From positions 506 through 64,505 of the forward strand of contig CAVSUC010000008.1 of the NCBI GenBank assembly GCA_963731075.1: DNA of 64,000 nucleotides, in the 5' to 3' direction. Source of the stretch: an uncultured Actinomycetota bacterium (GTDB taxonomy: Bacteria; Actinomycetota; Actinomycetes; Propionibacteriales; Nocardioidaceae). The notes under the pieces were generated by a model. That model ran no database searches, had not been told where the DNA came from, and was given only the letters and a program-made list of their open reading frames with translations. Position 1 is the first letter of the stretch. Each line of letters begins with the position of its first letter. A program made the translations under genes and the position numbers. Shown here piece after piece: positions 29,669 through 40,345 of the stretch.

Positions 29669-30876
29669 TCGCCGTGACGACGAGCGGCGCCGCCCCGGCC
29701 GCCCCCGGACGTCTGGGCCAGCCCCTCGCCTCCGTCGACGCCCTGCGCTACCTCGAGGCCCTGGGACGGTGGCGCGACCAGCGCAAGGCCGAGCTCGACG
29801 TCCTCGACGAGGCCGCCCTGCAGTCCCGGGACCAGGCCGCGTTCACCGGCGACATGCTGCTCTCGATGGCCCTGTGGAAGGCCGTGGCCGACCGCCACGA
29901 CCTGCTGGTGGCGACCTGGGACTCCGGTCGCGTCGGCCCGGCCGAGCTGGAACGGCTGTCCACCCTGGTGTGGGGCCGACTGGACGCCACCCGTCAGCTC
30001 CCGACGGGCTCCGGCGCCGCGGGACCGACGAGTGGAGCCCTGGCGGTCTCCCTGCCCGAGGCCTGCCGCCTGTCCGACGCCCTCGCGACGTCACTGCGCG
30101 CCCGCCTCGGGCTGGACGCCTCGGAGGCCGACACCACCGCCCGGCTCCGGCACCTGCGCTCCGCTGTCGAGCGGGTCCGGGACCTCGTCGACCGCGAGCC
30201 CGCCTCGGCCCACGACTCCGCGGCCGCGACGCTGGACAGGCTCGACACCAGGGTCGCCGACGTCAAGGCGCGTTCGGAGCGTGGCGCGAGCGTCGGCGGG
30301 CTGCTCGGCCCGCTGGAGAGCGACGTGGCCCGGGCCGAGCGCGACCTGATCGTCGGGGCCTCCAACCGACGCGCGGACGCCCACGACGAGGAGCGGGCCG
30401 GGGCCCTCCGCGGTGAGCTGGAGGCCCGGGGTGCGGCCCTCCGCGACCTGGCCGCGCGCTGCGTCGCCGCAGTGACGCCGGCCCCGCGGTTCGCCGTGCC
30501 CGAGGTCTCCGCCCTGGGTCCCGTCCCGACCGACCCCGCGGCGGTGGACGCCTACCTGGTCCGGCTCGACGCCGTGGGACGGGCCATGACGATGGCGCAG
30601 GACGCCTACGCCAGCGCCCTCACCGAGCGCGACGAGCTCCGCGGCCGGCTCGAGGCGTACGCCGCCAAGGCCACCGCCCTGGGCGTGGGACGCGGCGCCG
30701 TCGAGGACCTCGAGCACCTGCAGCGCCGGGCCGACGAGGTCCTGGACGCGACGCCCGCGGACCTGGTGCGTGCCCGGGCCCTGGTCGCGGCCCACCAGGC
30801 CTACCTGACCGCGGTCCAGGCCGGCCCGGGACGACCCGGCGCCGGCACCGCACCGACCCGTGGAGTCACCCCATGA
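29665..30876 (+). CDS. Hypothetical alpha-helical (coiled-coil-like) protein
   Basis: GTGA and ATGA overlaps on both sides; high-GC codon usage; ERDELRGRLEAYAAKA. Confidence 0.75.
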   Translation: MIAVTTSGAAPAAPGRLGQPLASVDALRYLEALGRWRDQRKAELDVLDEAALQSRDQAAFTGDMLLSMALWKAVADRHDLLVATWDSGRVGPAELERLSTLVWGRLDATRQLPTGSGAAGPTSGALAVSLPEACRLSDALATSLRARLGLDASEADTTARLRHLRSAVERVRDLVDREPASAHDSAAATLDRLDTRVADVKARSERGASVGGLLGPLESDVARAERDLIVGASNRRADAHDEERAGALRGELEARGAALRDLAARCVAAVTPAPRFAVPEVSALGPVPTDPAAVDAYLVRLDAVGRAMTMAQDAYASALTERDELRGRLEAYAAKATALGVGRGAVEDLEHLQRRADEVLDATPADLVRARALVAAHQAYLTAVQAGPGRPGAGTAPTRGVTP

Positions 30877-33228
30877 CGACCGTCGCCTGCACGCAACCGG
30901 GCTGCACCGGCAGCATCCTCGACGGCTACTGCGACGTCTGCGGCTCACCCGCCGGCGCGGCCCCGCTCGCCTCCTCGGGCACCTCGATCGGTGCCGCGGC
31001 CGGGGCGTGCACCCAGCCCGGCTGCACCGGAACAGTCGTCGACGGCTACTGCGACGTGTGCGGGACACCGGGAGCCGGGGCCGGCGCCGTCAGCACGGCG
31101 ACCTCGGCGTCCGGTCTCCCCGCCGGGGTGGGCGAGGCCCCCTCGACCGTGTCCCGCGCCTCCAACCGGCTCGCCTCCACGGCCCTGGGCTCGGCCCGCG
31201 CGGCCGCGGGGGGCAGCAAGATCACCCGACGCGTCGGCACCACCTCCACCCGGCTCAGGGGTGCCCGGCTGGGCGCGGGCCTGACCTCGATCCCGCCCGT
31301 CCCCGCGGTCGACGCCGCCCTGGCCATCATGAAGAACCCGATGGTGCCCGAGGACCGCCGGACCTGCCCCAGGTGCGAGGCGCCGGTCGGCCGGTCCCGC
31401 GACGGGGAGCCCGGCCGCACCGAGGGGTTCTGCCCGAAGTGCCGCACCCCCTTCTCCTTCGCCCCGAAGCTCCAGGAGGGCGACCTGGTGGGCGGGCAGT
31501 ACGAGGTGGCCGGAGCGCTCGCGCACGGCGGGCTCGGGTGGATCTACGTCGCCCGCGACCGCAACGTGTCCGACCGCTGGGTGGTCCTCAAGGGCCTGCT
31601 CAACTCCGGGGACCCGGACGCCCTCGCCGCGGCCATCGCCGAGCGGCAGTTCCTGGCCCAGGTCGAGCACCCGCTGATCGTGGAGATCTACAACTTCGTG
31701 ACGCACGAGGGCGCCGGCTACATCGTGATGGAGTACGTCGGCGGCACCTCGCTCAAGCAGCTGCTCAAGCAGCGGATGAAGGCCGCCGGTGGGAGCTACG
31801 ACGCCCTGCCCGGTCGACCAGGCGATCGCCTTCCTGATCGAGGTCCTGCCGGCCTTCCAGTACCTCCACGACCTCAACCTCATCTACTGCGACTTCAAGC
31901 CGGACAACATCATCCAGGTCGGTGACGCGGTCAAGCTGATCGACCTCGGCGGCGTACGACGCCTCGACGACCTGGACTCCGCGATCTACGGGACGGTCGG
32001 CTACCAGGCGCCCGAGGTGCCGGTCGTCGGGCCCTCGGTCGCCTCCGACATCTACACGATCGGCCGCACCCTGGCCGTGCTGACGATGGAGTTCCGCGGC
32101 TACCAGAGCACCTACGTGGCGAGCCTCCCGCCGGTCGACCAGACACCGCTGTTCCAGAAGCACGACTCGCTCTACCGCCTGCTGCTCAAGGCCTGCGCGC
32201 CCGACCCGGCCGACCGGTTCGTGTCCGCCGACGAGCTGCGCGTGCAGCTGCTCGGCGTGCTCCGCGAGGTCGTCGCGCTCGAGCGCGAGGGCGCCGCGGA
32301 GCACTCGACCTCCTCGTTGCTGTTCGGCTCGCCGACCGTCTCGGACGACGTCCTCGACTGGCAGGACCTGCCCACGCTCCGCGTGGACGAGGGCGACGCC
32401 CAGGCCGGCTGGCTGCACTCGGTCAGCATCGAGGACCCGGTCGAGCGGCTGGCGGTGCTGGGCACCGCTCCCGAGACCAGCCCCGAGGTGCTGCTCGCCC
32501 GGTCGCACGCGGCGCTCGAGGCCGGCCGGCACGACGAGGCCGACGCGGCGGCGCAGGAGCTGCTCGTCGACGATCCCTGGGAGTGGCGCGCGGCCTGGAT
32601 GTCGGGACTCGTCGCTCTCGCCCGGGGCCGCACGACCGACGCGCAGAGCGCCTTCAACGCGGTCTACGGCCAGGTGCCCGGCGAGCTCGCGCCCAAGCTG
32701 GCGCTCGCGTTCGCGTGCGAGACCGGCGGGGAGGGCGACGTGGCCGAGTCGCTCTACGTCGCCTGTGCGCGGACCGACGCGAGCTACATCGCGCCGGCCG
32801 CGTTCGGCCTGGCCCGCATCCGGTCGGCCCGCGGCGACACCGAGGGCGCGATCCGAGCCCTCGACCTGGTGCCGCCGACCAGCCGTGCCTTCACCACGGC
32901 GCGGAGACGACGAGCCGGGCTCCAGGCCGAGTCGGGAGGCGGCCTCCGGTCCCTGGCCGACGCCCTGCAGAGCATCGACAACCTCACCATCGACCCGGTG
33001 GACCGCTCCCGCTTCCGCGTGGGCGTGCTGCAGTCGGCGCTGAAGATCGTGGAGAAGGACGGCGTGGACCCCGCCGTCAGCATCGGCGGGCGACCGGCGG
33101 ACGAGTCGTCCCTGCGCGACGGGCTCGAGGCCGCCTACCGGGACCTGGCGCTCTACGCGCCCTCCCGTGAGGAGAAGATCAGCCTCGTGGACCACGCCAA
33201 CGCCGTACGCCGCTGGACCCTGCGATGA
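30873..33228 (+). CDS. pknG: PknG-like Ser/Thr kinase (2 Zn-ribbons, rubredoxin, kinase, TPR); one frameshift at ~31810
   Basis: CPRC..CPKC, LAHGGLGWIY, VVLKGL, YIVMEYVGG; second frame YCDFKPDN, IDLGG, GTVGYQAPE, PGELAPKLALA, ANAVRRWT. Confidence 0.85.
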
Positions 33229-34349
33229 CCCAGCTGACAGCCTGCCCGACCTGCCAGGCGCCGGTCGGCGCGAGCGAGCAGTACTGCGAGGCGTGCGGCG
33301 CCGACCTCGGCCCCAGCCCCGTGGTGGCGCTCGAGCCCACGCTGGAGGCGCCGCCTCCCGGCAAGGAGTCGCCGCTCGACACGGCCGCGGCGGCCCCCCC
33401 GGGCCCGCCCGCGTGCCACGAGTGCGGCGGCGTGGTCGCCGAGGACGGCTACTGCACCGAGTGCGGGGCCAAGGCCCGGAGCATGCGCGACCACTTCACC
33501 GAGCAGCCCGCCCCGTGGGTGGCCGGGGTGTGCGACCGCGGTGTCCGTCACTCGCGCAACGAGGACGCGATGGCGCTCGACGCCCGGTCGGACCCGGGCA
33601 GCCGGGCCGTCCTCGTCGTCTGCGACGGCGTCTCCTCCTCCACCGACTCCGACGTGGCCAGCCTGGCGGCCGCGCGCGCCGCCCGCGACGTGCTGACGCG
33701 TTCGTCCGGGAGCGGCATCGGGACGGCCGCGGCCCGGGTCGCCGCAGCGACCAAGGGGCTCGAGGCGGCCGCCGACGCCGCCAACGACGCAGTGATCGCC
33801 CACACGACCCCCGGGTCGGAGAGCCCGGCCTCGTGCACCTTCGTGGCCGGCGTGCTCGACGAGTCGCTCCTGGTCGTGGCCTGTGTCGGGGACAGCCGGG
33901 CCTACTGGTTCCCGGACGCGGGCGAGCCACGGATGCTCACCACCGACGACTCCTACGCCGCGGAGCAGATCGCAGCGGGCGTGTCCCGGGCCGACGCCGA
34001 GAACGGGCCGCAGGCCCACGCGATCACCCGCTGGCTCGGCAGCGACGCCCCCGACCACACCCCGGTGACGACGTCGGTGGACCTCGACGGCAGCGGCTGG
34101 GTGCTGCTCTGCTCCGACGGCCTGTGGAACTACGCCTCCGAGGCGGACACCCTCGCCGCGCTGCTGCGCGAGAAGGACACCGCCCCGGACCCGGACCCGC
34201 TCGCCCTCGCCGACGCGCTGACCGAGTGGGCCAACGCGCAGGGCGGCGTGGACAACATCACCGTGGCACTGGCGCGGATCGGTCCGAGGCCCGACACTTC
34301 CACCACACATCGAGAGGAAGACGCGCACGATGGCAACGTTCTCAGCTGA
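33225..34349 (+). CDS. PP2C-family Ser/Thr phosphatase with N-terminal double Zn-ribbon
   Basis: CPTC..CEAC, CHEC..CTEC; RNEDA, VVCDGV, VGDSRAY, LCSDGLW, GGVDNITV. Confidence 0.9.
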   Translation: MTQLTACPTCQAPVGASEQYCEACGADLGPSPVVALEPTLEAPPPGKESPLDTAAAAPPGPPACHECGGVVAEDGYCTECGAKARSMRDHFTEQPAPWVAGVCDRGVRHSRNEDAMALDARSDPGSRAVLVVCDGVSSSTDSDVASLAAARAARDVLTRSSGSGIGTAAARVAAATKGLEAAADAANDAVIAHTTPGSESPASCTFVAGVLDESLLVVACVGDSRAYWFPDAGEPRMLTTDDSYAAEQIAAGVSRADAENGPQAHAITRWLGSDAPDHTPVTTSVDLDGSGWVLLCSDGLWNYASEADTLAALLREKDTAPDPDPLALADALTEWANAQGGVDNITVALARIGPRPDTSTTHREEDAHDGNVLS

Positions 34350-35608
34350 GGTCTACCAGAACGAGTTCCTGCCCGACGGCGGCAGCGACGTCCACGCGAT
34401 CGTCACCGTGACCTGTGCCGGGGCCGGTGAGGCCGGCAGCTCGGGCTCCGGCGACGCGGGCGAGATCGTCATCGTCGACACCTCGGGGTCGATGGGCCAG
34501 GACAAGATCCTCGCGGTCCAGCAGGCCGCCGCGGCTGCCCTCGACCAGGTGCTCGACGGCGTGTGGTTCGCGGTCGTCGCGGGCAACCACGAGGCCCGGC
34601 TGGCGTTCCCCGCCGACGGCGAGCTGGGGATGGTGCGGATGGACGCGCAGACCCGCGCCGCCGCGAAGTACGCCATCGGCGACTTCGAGCCCAAGGGCGG
34701 CACCGCGATGGGCACCTGGCTGCGCCTCGCGACCCAGGTGTTCGCGACCGTGCCCGGCCTGGCGCAGAAGCACGCCATCCTGCTGACCGACGGCATCAAC
34801 CAGCACGAGACACCCGAGCAGCTGACGGCGGCCATCGAGGGCGCCCGCGGGCAGTTCCAGTGCGACTGTCGCGGCGTCGGGTCCGACTGGCAGGTCGCCG
34901 AGGTACGCCGAATCGCGACCACGCTCCTCGGCAGCGGTCGAGCTGATCGCCTCCGCCGACCAGATGGCCGCCGACTTCGAGCAGATCATCCGCCAGTCGA
35001 TGGGGCGTGGGGTCGCGGAGGCCTGGCTGCGGGTCTGGGCCCCGCAGGGCGCGCAGGTCCTGTTCGTGCGGCAGGTCTCGCCCACCGTCGACGACCTCAC
35101 CGCGCGCCGCACGGAGGTGAACGCGCTGACCTCGGCGTACCCCACCGGCTCGTGGGGCGACGAGGCGCGCGACTACCACGTGGCGGTCCGGCTGGCGGCG
35201 AAGGCGGTCGGGCAGGAGCAGCTCGCGGCCCGGGTGCAGCTCGCCGTCGGGGCCGACGTCGTGGCCCAGGGGCTGGTCAAGGCCATGTGGTCGAGCGACG
35301 ACACGCTGACCACGCGCATCGACCCCGCGGTCGCGCACTACACCGGGCAGGCCGAGCTCGCCGAGGCCATCCAGGAGGGCCTGGCCGCCAAGGCATCGGG
35401 CGACACCGGCACCGCGACCACCAAGCTGGGCCGCGCCGTGCAGCTCGCCGCCGAGACCGGCAACGAGGAGGCCACCACCCGCCTGCGCAAGATCGTCGAC
35501 ATCGACGACGCCGGCACCGGGACGGTGCGCCTGCGGCGGGCGGTCGACAAGCTCGACGAGATGGCCCTCGACACCGCCTCCACCAAGACGACCCGGGTGA
35601 AGAAGTGA
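34330..35608 (+). CDS. vWA domain protein; frameshift at ~34936
   Basis: VDTSGSM MIDAS, GGTAMG, LLTDG; downstream frame TGSWGDEARDYH...LDTASTKTTRVKK. Confidence 0.85.
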
Positions 35609-36340
35609 GCGGGCCGGTCACCTGTCCCAACGGGCACCAGTCGGCCTCCAGCGACTACTGCGACACGTGCGGCGTGCCCATTCCCGAGGCGGCCGCGTCT
35701 CCGTCACCCGCCCCCGAGCCGCCGGCGACGGCCCCGGACGTACCGGCCGCGCAGGCCTGCCCGAGCTGCGGGTCCGCCGCCAGTGCCACGGCGCTGTTCT
35801 GCGAGGCGTGCGGCTACGACTTCACCACCGGCACGATGCCCCGGCCGCCGGACGCCGCCCCGTCCCTGGAGCGCGGCCGATCGCGTCGCCGCGGCCGCGC
35901 CGCTCGCGCCGCCGATCCCGCTCGAGTGGGTCGTCGAGCTGTGGGTGGACCCCGACTGGTACGCCGCCCAGCAGAGCGACGACCCCTGCCCCTCGCCCGG
36001 GCCTGCCGGTCGTCGTCCCCCTGACCGCGCAGAGCGTGCTCGTCGGCCGACCCGTCCAACAGCCGCAACATCCACCCCGACGTCGACTGCACCAGCGACA
36101 CCGGGGTCAGCCGGCGGCAGGCGCAGCTGACGACCGACGGCCAGCGGTGGTGGGTCGAGGACCTGCAGTCGTCCAACGGCACCTACGTCGGCCCGGCCAG
36201 CGGTCCCGCTGCCCACCGACGCACTGCCCCCCGGACAGCGGCGGGAGCTCGGCGACGACGACCGGGTCTACATCGGCACCTGGACCCGGCTCGTCGTACG
36301 ACGCGCGACGCCCGAGGAGCAGGCCGGCCAGACCTCGTGA
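35605..36340 (+). CDS. FHA domain protein with two N-terminal Zn-ribbons; about 4 frameshifts
   Basis: GTGA overlap; CPNGH..CDTC, CPSC..CEAC; across frames VLVGR, DTGVSRRQAQL, VEDLQSSNGTY, DRVYIGTWTRL. Confidence 0.75.
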
Positions 36341-36969
36341 GCCTGCCCGCGCCGCGGGGCACGCCGTACCGCATCGGCTTCGTGTGCCTGGGCAACATCT
36401 GCCGCTCACCGATGGCCGACGTGATCCTCTCCGAGCTGGTCGACAGCGCCGGGCTCGCGCGGCAAGGTCGAGGTGACCAGCTGCGGCACCGGCGACTGGC
36501 ACGTCGGCCAGCCGATGGACCCGCGGGCGGCGGCACAGCTGCTGGCGGCGGGGTACGACGCCTCGGCCCACCGCGCCCAGCAGTTCGACGCCGCGCTGGC
36601 TCGAGCGCGACCTGCTGCTGGCCATGGACGCGAAGAACCTCGCCGACCTCGGCGCGGCCGGTGGCGAGCGACGACCGGGTGCGCCTGTTCCGCTCCTTCG
36701 ACCCGCTCGCCCCCGCCGATCCGGGCCCCGACGACCTCGACGTCCCCGACCCCTACTACGGCGGCGACGACGGCTTCGCCGAGGTGATCGCCATGGTCGA
36801 GCGCACCTGCCGCGCCCTGCTCACCGAGCTGGAGTCCCTCCCTCGACCGCGCTGCAACTGCTGTAACGCGGAGTTATCGCCGCTGAACAAGCCGTCTACC
36901 GCTCACTCAGCGTCCACAACACCGCGTTACAGCGGGCTCGGAGGGCGCGTCGTCCACCCCCACCGATGA
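36337..36969 (+). CDS. ptpA: Low-molecular-weight protein-tyrosine phosphatase (PtpA); about 3 compensating frameshifts, true 3' end uncertain
   Basis: FVCLGNICRSPMA, GTGDWHVG (alternative frame), LAMD, DVPDPYYGG. Confidence 0.82.
   Translation: MSLPAPRGTPYRIGFVCLGNICRSPMADVILSELVDSAGLARQGRGDQLRHRRLARRPADGPAGGGTAAGGGVRRLGPPRPAVRRRAGSSATCCWPWTRRTSPTSARPVASDDRVRLFRSFDPLAPADPGPDDLDVPDPYYGGDDGFAEVIAMVERTCRALLTELESLPRPRCNCCNAELSPLNKPSTAHSASTTPRYSGLGGRVVHPHR
36860..36933. repeat. 74-nt imperfect palindrome (REP-like)
   Basis: GCTGTAACGCGG(36860-36871)...CCGCGTTACAGC(36922-36933) with inner CGCTGA/TCAGCG pairing. Confidence 0.7.
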
Positions 36970-36994
36970 GTTCTCCTCTCGCCGCCGGTCAGTA
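36964..36994 (+). promoter_or_regulatory. SigG-type ECF promoter
   Basis: CGATGA-N18-GTCAGTA matches the mycobacterial SigG consensus CGATGA(N18)GTCNNTA; 36 nt upstream of the sigma ATG. Confidence 0.78.
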
Positions 36995-37030
36995 CCCTGT
37001 GCCTAGAGTTGGACCCTCGAAGGAGCACCC

Positions 37031-38069
<1,039 letters not shown>

Positions 38070-38070
38070 G

Positions 38071-38647
38071 ATGTCCATCGCCTCGCCGCCGACCTCGGTG
38101 GCGGCGCTCGACAGCGCCATCACCTGGACCCACGCCTGCCTGCAGTCCGCGCGGGTGAGCCCGCTGTCCCTGCCGACGCCCTGCGGGGACTGGGACCTCG
38201 GCCAGCTGTTGGTCCACATGGACGACTCGCTGGTCGCGATCGGCGAGGCCGCCGAGCTCGGGCACGTCGACGTCGACCCGCAGCCGCGGCCGGACGAGGT
38301 CGGCCGGCTCGTCGACCGCATCGTCCAGCGCGCCTGCCGCACCCGCGCCGCGTGGCAGCAGCGCCTCACCTCGGCGCCGATGGGGGTCGGCGACCTGGCG
38401 CTCGGGCCGCGACACCGTCGCTCTGGTCGGCGCCCTGGAGATCGCCGTGCACGGCTGGGACGTCGCCGTCGCGACGGGTCAGCGACGTCGGCTGCCGGAG
38501 GACCTCGCCGCCCGGCTGTACGACGTGGCGCTGGCCGTGGTGACCCCGGACGAGCGCGGCGGGCGCTTCGGACCGGCGGTGCCGGTGGCGGCCTCCGCGC
38601 CGGCCAGCACCCGGCTGCTGGCCCACCTCGGGCGGACCGCCCACTAG
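38071..38647 (+). CDS. TIGR03086/MDMPI-family metal-binding protein; frameshift at ~38408
   Basis: PTPCGDWDLGQLLVHM and, in the second frame, VHGWDVAVATG...RLLAHLGR. Confidence 0.75.
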
Positions 38648-38692
38648 CCCGCGCACTGGCGCGCAGGCTCCTGGGACCGGCAGGGTGGAGCG

Positions 38693-39552
38693 ATGGCGCG
38701 GATGCGTGGGATCGCGGAACGGGTCGAGCAGCTGCTCGCACAGGCCGTGGTGGCCACCACCCCGGTCGCCGGCGGCGACATCTGCACCTCGACCCGGGTG
38801 CGGCTCAGCGACGGCACGCTCGGCACTGGTGAAGACCCGCGCCGGCGCCCCCGACGACTTCTTCGAGGTCGAGGCGCGCGGGCTCGCGCTGGCTCGCCGA
38901 GGCCGGCGGGGTCGAGGTCGCCGAGGTGCTCGCGGTCGAGCCGGACTGCCTCGTCCTGCGGTGGATCGAGCCCGCCCGCCCGACGCCGGAGAGCGCGGCC
39001 CGGCTGGGCCGGTCCCTGGCCCGGCTGCACGCCGCCGGGCGCCGAGACGTTCGGCGGCGACGCAGGACGGCTACATCGCCTCCCTCCCGCTCCCGAACAG
39101 GACCGCGCCGACGTGGCCGGAGTTCTTCGCCACGCGACGCGTGCTGCCCTACCTCAAGCTGGCCGCCGACCGGGGCCACATCGGCAGCAGCGGACGTGGC
39201 GGACGTCGAGGGGCTGATCGGCCGGATGACCGAGCTGGCCGGCCCCGAGGAGCCGCCCGCGCGCATCCACGGCGACCTGTGGTCGGGCAACGTGGTGTGG
39301 TCCACCGAGCACGGCACCCTGATCGACCCCGCCGCGCACGGCGGTCACCGCGAGACCGACCTGGCGATGCTGGCGCTGTTCGGGCTGCCGCACCTGCAGC
39401 GGCTCGTCGACGCCTACCAGGAGGAGACCCCGCTCGCCGACGGCTGGGAGGAGCGCCAGCCGCTGCACCAGCTGTTCCCGCTGCTCGTGCACGCCGCCCT
39501 GTTCGGCGGCCACTACGGGGAGCGGGCCGGGGAGGCGGCCCGCCGCCTCTGA
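38693..39552 (+). CDS. Fructosamine kinase family protein; several frameshifts
   Basis: [43 protein letters not shown]. Confidence 0.82.
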
Positions 39553-39592
39553 CGCCTCACCGACGACACCTGTGGGCGCCGTCCTGCCCCAG

Positions 39593-39609
39593 TCTCAGCG
39601 ATTGCTCAG
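39593..39609 (+). promoter_or_regulatory. MprA box (direct repeat)
   Basis: TCTCAG-N5-GCTCAG just upstream of mprA; matches the tandem hexamer bound by mycobacterial MprA. Confidence 0.65.
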
Positions 39610-39631
39610 GGCTGGATGGCACCCTAGGGCC

Positions 39632-40345
39632 GTGACCGCCGACTCCGCCGCCGCTGCGCGCCAGCACGTGCTCGTCGTCGAGGACGACCGGGCCGTGCGG
39701 GAGTCGCTGCGCCGCTCGCTGGAGTTCAACGGCTACCAGGTCTCCACCGCCTCCGACGGCGCCGAGGCGCTGGCCGGCATCAGCGGGATCAACCCCGACG
39801 CCGTGGTGATGGACGTGATGATGCCGCGGCTCGACGGCCTCGAGACGACCCGGGCGCTGCGCAAGGTCGGCAACACCGTCCCGATCCTGGTGCTCACCGC
39901 CCGCGACGCCGTCGGCGACCGGGTCGAGGGCCTCGACGCCGGCGCCGACGACTACCTGACCAAGCCGTTCGCGCTCGAGGAGCTGCTGGCCCGCCTCCGC
40001 GCCCTGCTGCGCCGGGCCGTCCCCGAGGTCGGCGACCCCGAGGAGCAGCTGGGCTTCGCCGACCTGACGATGGACCTCGCCTCCCGTGAGGTACGCCGCG
40101 GCGACCGCCTGATGGAGCTGACCCGCACCGAGTTCAACCTGCTCGAGCTGTTCCTGCGCCGTCCGCGCCGCGTGCTCGAGCGCTCGTTCATCCTCGAGGA
40201 GGTCTGGGGCTTCGACTTCCCGACCACGGCCAACAGCCTCGAGGTCTACGTCGGCTACCTGCGCCGCAAGACCGAGGCCGCCGAGGAGCCCCGGCTGATC
40301 CACACGGTCCGCGGGGTCGGCTACGTCCTCCGCGAGGCCCCGTAG
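39632..40345 (+). CDS. mprA: OmpR-family response regulator MprA
   Basis: [58 protein letters not shown]. Confidence 0.9.
   Translation: MTADSAAAARQHVLVVEDDRAVRESLRRSLEFNGYQVSTASDGAEALAGISGINPDAVVMDVMMPRLDGLETTRALRKVGNTVPILVLTARDAVGDRVEGLDAGADDYLTKPFALEELLARLRALLRRAVPEVGDPEEQLGFADLTMDLASREVRRGDRLMELTRTEFNLLELFLRRPRRVLERSFILEEVWGFDFPTTANSLEVYVGYLRRKTEAAEEPRLIHTVRGVGYVLREAP

Noticed and set aside
31800-31820. Programmed ribosomal frameshift in pknG
   Set aside because: No slippery heptamer; it is one of many similar indels in neighbouring unrelated genes.
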